A DNA stretch of 64,000 nucleotides, taken from assembly GCA_031962025.1 (NCBI GenBank), contig JAVRKW010000005.1. One strand, 5' to 3'. This document shows, in pieces, positions 58,403 through 64,000 of the stretch. Both the position numbers and the translations under genes were made by a program. The notes beneath the pieces were generated by a model. The model made no database searches, was not told where the DNA came from, and saw nothing but the letters and a program-made list of their open reading frames with translations. The first letter of the stretch is position 1, and each line of letters starts with the position of its first letter. Source of the stretch: Pseudothermotoga sp. Lineage in GTDB: Bacteria; Thermotogota; Thermotogae; Thermotogales; DSM-5069.

Positions 58403-60982
58403 TCACCTTCCCACCACACCGAGATTGTCGATCACTCTGCCGATCATCTCATCTATTGCAGTTATCACCCTTGCAGCAGCATTGAATGCGTGCTGATACT
58501 TTATCATATTCGTCATTTCTTCATCCAATGACACACCCTTGACACTTTCTCTGGCTTGGTCTATTTCATTTCTGAGAAGTTCTGCGTTGGTTTTCATATT
58601 TGAAGAATCCTGAGCCTCGACACCAAGTTCTGCGATGATGCCTGTCATGAATTCATAGAAATTTTCTTTACCATCAGCCAGAAGATAGCTGTATCTGGAC
58701 TGAGATATCAAATCCATTATCTGGATATTGCTTCTTCCCGTCGGCAGGAATTTCAAAGCATTCCAGGTGGTATTAGGCAAAGCTATGCCAACATCAACTG
58801 CGAGTGATTCTGCATTTGTCAAAAGTGCACTTGAAACATTCCATTGATTAACAAAGAAATAAGGCTCATAACTTTCACGCTTATCGACTGTGAGCAGTTC
58901 ACTCAAAGAAAGTCTATTTCTCACTGTTTCAAAGTCTTCGCCTTTGGAAAACAGTGTGTAGGTAACAGCCCAGTCGGCGTCGAAATTATTTGGATCATTG
59001 TTTGTGTCGATAAGTCCAAGCCCCTCAAATAATCCCTGAGGTCCAGCTATGTTGAATGATTTCAAGTCAAATTCATAGCTTCTGCCTGCTCTTAAAACAA
59101 AACTACCATGAGGTGTGAGATCGGCAATCACACCTGTGCTGGCTTTGTTTATCTTGTCTACCAAGTTCTGAATGGTATCGACTGTTGGATCTATGTGAAT
59201 TTTAGTGTTATTGATGGTTATATCAAAACCTGTTTTTTGATCAAAATTTGTCGCTGACGCAAACACATTTTCCAGTGTGTTTGATGGATTCAAAACGGTG
59301 TATGTATTGCTGATAGCGCCAGCCTGAACCAGAAAACCCCCCTGGTCGGTGATGTCAACTCTTGTGGTATCAAAACCAAGAGCGCTGTTTGGAATCAAGA
59401 CCAAGGAATTGTTGACTATCGATGCGCGAACATTGCTCATTTGAGAGTTTATCTGTACTGCTAAATCGTTCAGTGTTGTGGACGAATCTATCGACAGATT
59501 AAGAGTTTCTGTGGTCTGAGTACCATCAAGTAATGTCTCTTTGAAAGAGAGTGTGTAATTTCCAGACTCAACCTTTGAAAGATCTGAAATTGTCAGTAAT
59601 TCAAGTTGCTTTGTGCTAAAACCCATTCTTGAAAGAACATTTCCCGCATCAAAAACCAGCGTGTCATTCAGATTATGCGAACTGGAAAAGTACAGCCTGT
59701 AGCTGGTGTTAGTACCATCCGGACTGTGCTGACCTGTATTCAAAGAAAGCCAGGTAGCTGATAATTGAGAAATCAGATCATTCACTGTGCTTCCACTGTC
59801 AATAGAAATAGAAGTGCTGTTTGAACCATCAAATAACACAAGCTCTCCTTTTGATGTAAATGTGATATTTTCAAGTTTAGATTGATCTGAATAACCAGTC
59901 AGACCAGTTGCATAATGAACTGGTCCGTTTATGATCTTTCTTGAACCAAGCACTCTGTAAATCGCTACGTCATTTTTTGAATACGCGGCTGTTATAGTAT
60001 TAAAAAAATTCAACCCGGTTATTTTTCCGGATGAGTCGAATCCTTCTCGATGGATCAGGTTCAACTTGTCTGTCAGATTGAGTGCAAATTCATCCAGATA
60101 ACTCATGTATTTAACTACCACGGCATCTCTGAGATCAAATAATGCTTTCATTTTTCCATCGGCGACGGTTATTTTCGAATTACCAGCGAATAGTTCGTAA
60201 AATCCTTTTGCATACGGTCTTTCAAGTGCTCTGATTTGGGTCTGGACTGAACCAGAAAGGATAACCTGATCACCAAACATGAGGACTGTTTGACCGTCCT
60301 GTGTTTCATAGTATGAAATATTACCGTACTTTGAAAGTTCGTCGATTATGCGATCACGCTCGTCCATCAGATCATTCGGCGTCGATTTCAAAGCAACTGC
60401 TATTCTGATCTGTTCATTTATTTTTGCAAGATTTGCAACTTTTGAATTTATATCCTGTACCATCTGTCCTATCTGAACATTTATGTCCTCTCTGAGCTGC
60501 TGAAGCCTTGAATAAAGATCTTTTATATTGGTGACAAGCCGATCGGCTGAAGTGACAAGCTCTCTTTTTGCAGCTACATTTGTCGGATCAGTGATGACCT
60601 CTTCAACTGAGGAAAGGAAATTGTCGTAAAGGGCGTTGATTGAAGAATCGCTCGTTCCACTGATCAGTTGTTCAATGTAGTGAAGGTTTGAGTATATAGC
60701 ATCGAAATAGCTGTATCTGTTACTGACCTGTCTGTACTGCAAATCCAGAAAAAGATCTCTCATTCTCTGTATATCCTTGACCTGAGAGCCCGTACCGAGA
60801 GTCAGGGGATTGGAGAAATAAACAGTCAAAGGGTGAGTTGTGACAACGACAGGTCTCTGTCTTGAGTATCCTTCTGTGCTGGAGTTTGCTATATTGTGTC
60901 CCACGACATTCATCGCCAGCTTATGCGTGTAAACACCTAAAAGGGCTGTGTTCAGAGAACCAAAAAGACTGAGGTGTGCCAA
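58403..60982 (-). CDS. flgK: Flagellar hook-associated protein FlgK, long form
   Basis: GHNIANSSTEGYSRQR, PNDLMDERD, GVSLDEEMTNMIKYQHAFNAAARVI. Confidence 0.95.
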   Translation of the reverse strand: MAHLSLFGSLNTALLGVYTHKLAMNVVGHNIANSSTEGYSRQRPVVVTTHPLTVYFSNPLTLGTGSQVKDIQRMRDLFLDLQYRQVSNRYSYFDAIYSNLHYIEQLISGTSDSSINALYDNFLSSVEEVITDPTNVAAKRELVTSADRLVTNIKDLYSRLQQLREDINVQIGQMVQDINSKVANLAKINEQIRIAVALKSTPNDLMDERDRIIDELSKYGNISYYETQDGQTVLMFGDQVILSGSVQTQIRALERPYAKGFYELFAGNSKITVADGKMKALFDLRDAVVVKYMSYLDEFALNLTDKLNLIHREGFDSSGKITGLNFFNTITAAYSKNDVAIYRVLGSRKIINGPVHYATGLTGYSDQSKLENITFTSKGELVLFDGSNSTSISIDSGSTVNDLISQLSATWLSLNTGQHSPDGTNTSYRLYFSSSHNLNDTLVFDAGNVLSRMGFSTKQLELLTISDLSKVESGNYTLSFKETLLDGTQTTETLNLSIDSSTTLNDLAVQINSQMSNVRASIVNNSLVLIPNSALGFDTTRVDITDQGGFLVQAGAISNTYTVLNPSNTLENVFASATNFDQKTGFDITINNTKIHIDPTVDTIQNLVDKINKASTGVIADLTPHGSFVLRAGRSYEFDLKSFNIAGPQGLFEGLGLIDTNNDPNNFDADWAVTYTLFSKGEDFETVRNRLSLSELLTVDKRESYEPYFFVNQWNVSSALLTNAESLAVDVGIALPNTTWNALKFLPTGRSNIQIMDLISQSRYSYLLADGKENFYEFMTGIIAELGVEAQDSSNMKTNAELLRNEIDQARESVKGVSLDEEMTNMIKYQHAFNAAARVITAIDEMIGRVIDNLGVVGR

Positions 60983-61039
60983 CCGTATTCCTCCTTCTGA
61001 TATGATTTTTCTATTGAAAAACCATGTTGTCCTAAATAA

Positions 61040-61067
61040 TTATCGTCAGGAATAAAGATGGGATTAA
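61040..61067 (-). promoter_or_regulatory. Candidate sigma-28 (FliA) promoter for flgK
   Basis: Minus strand TAAT-N15-GACGATAA, close to the TAAA-N15-GCCGATAA consensus. Confidence 0.55.
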
Positions 61068-61531
61068 CTTTCCATCTCAAATCGATGGAAGATACCCTTT
61101 TTTAAAGAGGCTTTTTGATCATAGGTAGAAGACTCTTTGGGGTTCAATAGTCTGATGAGCACGTCGATATAACGAAGTTGAAAATCCGATAGTTGTTGGA
61201 GTTTTTCGATTTCAAGTGCCATGATGTTGAGCTGCTCTATTACCTTGAAAAGTCTTTCAAGAAGTAATCCACCGCAGGTTCTTGCAAAATCATAAAAAGA
61301 TAAGTTTTCAGGCAGGCTCATGATGGTTTTCAAATTTTGAAAACAACTTTTTCTTTTTTCATCAAGACTTTCAAACGCATGCAGCATTTCTTCCAGTTCA
61401 TTTATCGTCAAAGACAGCTGTGAAATGTCCTTTGACACTATGGCTTGTTCCTGTTTTTTCAATAGGTTGTTTATTTGCACAAGCAAACTCTCCTCTTGGG
61501 AGAGGAGATCTATTAACTCGTCCATATTCAC
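61064..61531 (-). CDS. flgN: Flagellar export chaperone FlgN
   Basis: Helical protein between flgM and flgK; C-terminal STYDQKA. Confidence 0.8.
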   Translation of the reverse strand: MNMDELIDLLSQEESLLVQINNLLKKQEQAIVSKDISQLSLTINELEEMLHAFESLDEKRKSCFQNLKTIMSLPENLSFYDFARTCGGLLLERLFKVIEQLNIMALEIEKLQQLSDFQLRYIDVLIRLLNPKESSTYDQKASLKKGIFHRFEMES

Positions 61532-61794
61532 AACTCTCTGAGTATATGTTTTGAGACGCGTTCTGGATCTACGTTGTAAATATTTTGCTCGATAGCCTTT
61601 TTGATCTCTTCAACCAGTTTTTCTCTCACTTCAGGTGTTTCTTTGGCATTCTTTATCAATTCTGCGATGTTTATATATGTGCTCGATCTTTCAGCTGAAA
61701 CCGGTGGTTCAGATCTGGTTTTTTTCTCTGTTTTTTCAACACTACCGGGTTGCTGGAAGGGAACTGGTCCACCAATCTTTCCTATCTCCTGCAT
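61528..61794 (-). CDS. flgM: Anti-sigma-28 factor FlgM
   Basis: PEVREKLVEEIKKAIEQNIYNVDPERVS; ATG 61794 with AAGGAGG RBS. Confidence 0.9.
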   Translation of the reverse strand: MQEIGKIGGPVPFQQPGSVEKTEKKTRSEPPVSAERSSTYINIAELIKNAKETPEVREKLVEEIKKAIEQNIYNVDPERVSKHILREL

Positions 61795-61814
61795 CGTCAA
61801 ACCCTCCTTTTGTA

Positions 61815-61841
61815 TAATCGTCAATGTAAGAAAAAACTTTA
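61815..61841 (-). promoter_or_regulatory. Sigma-28 (FliA) promoter for flgM-flgN
   Basis: Minus strand TAAA-N15-GACGATTA. Confidence 0.7.
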
Positions 61842-61858
61842 ATGGAGGTATCGTCTCG

Positions 61859-62593
61859 TTGCACAAAAATATCGGTAAATACGTTATGCGTGATTCTCTG
61901 CTTCACAAAGCCAATTTCATCTCAAAGTTCGTATTAACCATTTGCATAATTTTGGGTACATTCATCACCAACAACTACTTTTATTTTACCATACTTTTAA
62001 CCACGCTGTTGTGTCTGGCATTTTTTTCAAAAGTGTCTCTTGTTGACTATCTCAAAGATATCTCGAGTATCTGGTTTCTGATGCTACTCGCTTTCTTATT
62101 ACAGATTATAAACAATCAGGTTAATTCCGCTTTTGTGAGCATTCTCAGAATTCTTGTGGTTGTTTTCACCGCGTCCATATTCATGAGATCGACAAAACCG
62201 ACTGAAATCGCTCGCTCTTTTGAAAAACTTTTCAGATTCTTTGGAATGAGCGCCACAACGGCACGAGACTTTTCGACCACGATAACCTTAGTGCTGAGAT
62301 TTTTCCCTCTGATGATTGAAGAAATCGACAGAATTCGAATCTCACAGACATTAAGAGGAATAAATCTATCCAGAGGCGGAGTCATAAAGAGACTGTCAGG
62401 AGTGGTAACAATAATCATTCCAGCCGTTATTTCAACCATTAATCGAGCAGAACAGCTTGCAACAGCTATGGAAACCAAAAGATATGGTTTGTTTCAAAAA
62501 ACGAGCAGTTATTATGATATCAAATTCAGACCTTCTGATGCGCCAATCATTGCCCTGTCGATACTTTTGCTGTATCTTGCTTTTTTACTTTGA
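61859..62593 (+). CDS. ECF transporter transmembrane component EcfT/CbiQ
   Basis: TTG start after GGAGGT; DSLLHK, LVLRFFP, RIRISQTLRG, RAEQLATAMETKRY. Confidence 0.85.
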   Translation: MHKNIGKYVMRDSLLHKANFISKFVLTICIILGTFITNNYFYFTILLTTLLCLAFFSKVSLVDYLKDISSIWFLMLLAFLLQIINNQVNSAFVSILRILVVVFTASIFMRSTKPTEIARSFEKLFRFFGMSATTARDFSTTITLVLRFFPLMIEEIDRIRISQTLRGINLSRGGVIKRLSGVVTIIIPAVISTINRAEQLATAMETKRYGLFQKTSSYYDIKFRPSDAPIIALSILLLYLAFLL

Positions 62594-62641
62594 TTGACCT
62601 GTTTGTTCTTGTTGTGAGAGAATATACTGGGAGGTGTTATC

Positions 62642-63631
62642 ATGCGAAAATTGCTTTTTGTGTTGTTAATCGTTGTGGGAATCTCACTCCTAGCGGCACC
62701 AAAAAAAGTGGCATATGTCATCAATGGATCGCTCGGTGATCAATCCTTTTACGATTCTGGATACGCTGGCATTAAACAGCTACAAGAGGATTTCGGTGTT
62801 CAGACAAGGGTAATTGAGTGTAACTTTGACCCTTCCCTGTATTATCCAAGCCTGACAACGGCAGCTCAGTGGGCAGATGTGATATTTGTCATCTCGTACG
62901 GTTTTGAGGAAGAGTTGAAAGAAATCGCTATGAAATTCCCAAACAAGATATGGGTCAATATCGACACAGTCGTTCAGGATGAAAAAGGTATTATATCGAG
63001 TGTAGATTACAGAGAAGAGGAAGGTGCGTTTCTTGCAGGTGCTGTAGCCGCAATGGTGACAGTCATGACGCAGCTGCCCGGTATAAATCCGCAAAAGATC
63101 ATAGGAGCCGTTGGTGGAGATGATGATATAGTTATAAGATCATTCGTCTATGGCTATGAGCAGGGTGCAAAATACATAGACCCAGAAGTTCAGGTTAAGG
63201 TCATATATGTGGGAACCTGGGATGACCCAGCCAAGGGTAAACAGGCAGCATTGCAACTGTACGCTCAGGGTGCTGATGTGGTTTTCCAGATCGCAGCTTT
63301 AACCGGTTTTGGTGTTTTGCAGGCGGCGCAGGAAGTTGGTAAATACGCCATTGGAGTTGATTCAAATCAAAATCCACTCGTTCCCGGCCATGTCATAACA
63401 AGTGATCTGAAAGAGGTAGGTAAATCAATCTACAAAATCTTCAAGATGATCTTAGATGGAACTTTTGAAAAGGGCAAGGTCTACAGTTTTGGTGTCAAGG
63501 AAGGTGCTGTGGGCTTGGCTATTGATGAATACACCAGAAAGATTCTTCCTGCAGAAACAGTAGAAAAAATATTGAAATTGCAAGAAATGATAGCCAATGG
63601 TACAATAACTGTCAAGCCGTACATGCCCTGA
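62642..63631 (+). CDS. BMP family ABC substrate-binding protein (probably nucleoside/purine)
   Basis: LGDQSF, EEEGAFLAG, DDPAKGK..A..LY.QGADVVF, AIGVDSNQ. Confidence 0.9.
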   Translation: MRKLLFVLLIVVGISLLAAPKKVAYVINGSLGDQSFYDSGYAGIKQLQEDFGVQTRVIECNFDPSLYYPSLTTAAQWADVIFVISYGFEEELKEIAMKFPNKIWVNIDTVVQDEKGIISSVDYREEEGAFLAGAVAAMVTVMTQLPGINPQKIIGAVGGDDDIVIRSFVYGYEQGAKYIDPEVQVKVIYVGTWDDPAKGKQAALQLYAQGADVVFQIAALTGFGVLQAAQEVGKYAIGVDSNQNPLVPGHVITSDLKEVGKSIYKIFKMILDGTFEKGKVYSFGVKEGAVGLAIDEYTRKILPAETVEKILKLQEMIANGTITVKPYMP

Positions 63632-63654
63632 TCTTTGGAGGTTTACAAAAAAAC

Positions 63655-64000
63655 AAGCCAGAAAGCACATCCCATTTATGGGATTGTGATGAATGGCTTA
63701 AGTTAGTCTGGTGATGAATGTATATAATAAAAGTAGCAAGAAGTCTCATACGGGAGTTGAAACGGTGACAAAAGCTGAAAAGATTAAACAAACACTACAG
63801 CAAACTAAAGAAAAAAGAAAGAATCAAATACCTGTGGTGTATCAACTAAAAATTAATCTCAACAGAGACTTAAACTCTGCGATTAATATGTTAAAAGCAG
63901 TAGGGCTGGACCGGTCCGAATTAAAGCCCGTGGAGTGGGAAACCACTGCCAAGATATTTAGGGGCAATCCCTATATCCTGGTAAGTCACACCATGTTGAA
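63655..64000 (+). mobile_element. IS200/IS605-family non-autonomous derivative with an internally deleted tnpB (runs off the right edge)
   Basis: Hairpin CACATCCCA-ttta-TGGGATTGTG at 63666-63688; ORF from GTG 63765 joins a basic N-terminus directly to the TnpB C-terminal motif NRDLNSAINML..VGLDRSELKPVE. Confidence 0.7.

Noticed and set aside
61601..61858. N-terminal extension of the 330-aa EcfT ORF
   Set aside because: It is antisense to flgM; a GGAGGT RBS supports a TTG start at 61859
38027..64000. TldR-like association (nuclease-dead TnpB with oppF or csrA)
   Set aside because: The tnpB remnant is about 6.7 kb from csrA and about 25 kb from oppF, and it has lost most of the protein rather than only catalytic residues
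1..64000. CRISPR array, rRNA, prophage or integrase at tRNA-Cys
   Set aside because: By eye I found no regularly spaced repeats, rRNA-like stretch, integrase or duplicated tRNA 3' end

Overview
This is a gene-dense chromosomal window of about 40% GC. Gene content and order point to a Thermotogota genome, probably Pseudothermotoga-like (inferred, not confirmed by a search). It holds about 60 CDSs and one tRNA-Cys(GCA); I saw no CRISPR array or rRNA. Blocks in order: (1) cell-surface genes (polysaccharide deacetylase, glucosaminidase, type IV pilin); (2) a ROK-regulated sugar-type ABC importer with an amidohydrolase and an argininosuccinate-lyase-fold enzyme; (3) panD and a lipoprotein; (4) a long minus-strand housekeeping run (asnS, ruvB, yggS, yggT, nadK, phoU, an LptF/G-LptD-like fusion, a UvrD-type helicase, recN, a phosphohexomutase, mtaD, a radical SAM gene); (5) tRNA-Cys, rtcB, an MFS transporter and an RseC-family gene; (6) hutU, oadB, korD, korA and a rubrerythrin-like gene, with a split fumarase on the opposite strand; (7) an unusual chemoreceptor; (8) a Dpp/Opp ABC transporter with a divergent secreted triple-repeat protein; (9) a second long minus-strand run from flgM/flgN/flgK to ispG, including a short sigma-54-like gene and a NYN ribonuclease; (10) an orphan ecfT, a BMP-family binding protein, and, at the right edge, an internally deleted IS200/IS605 tnpB mini-element. 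The most interesting items are the single-chain Lpt-like trans-envelope protein with an internal signal-peptide-like linker, the uncharacterised C-N lyase/amidohydrolase uptake operon with a visible operator, the triple-repeat EVGGW protein, the mini-tnpB element and the reduced sigma-54.
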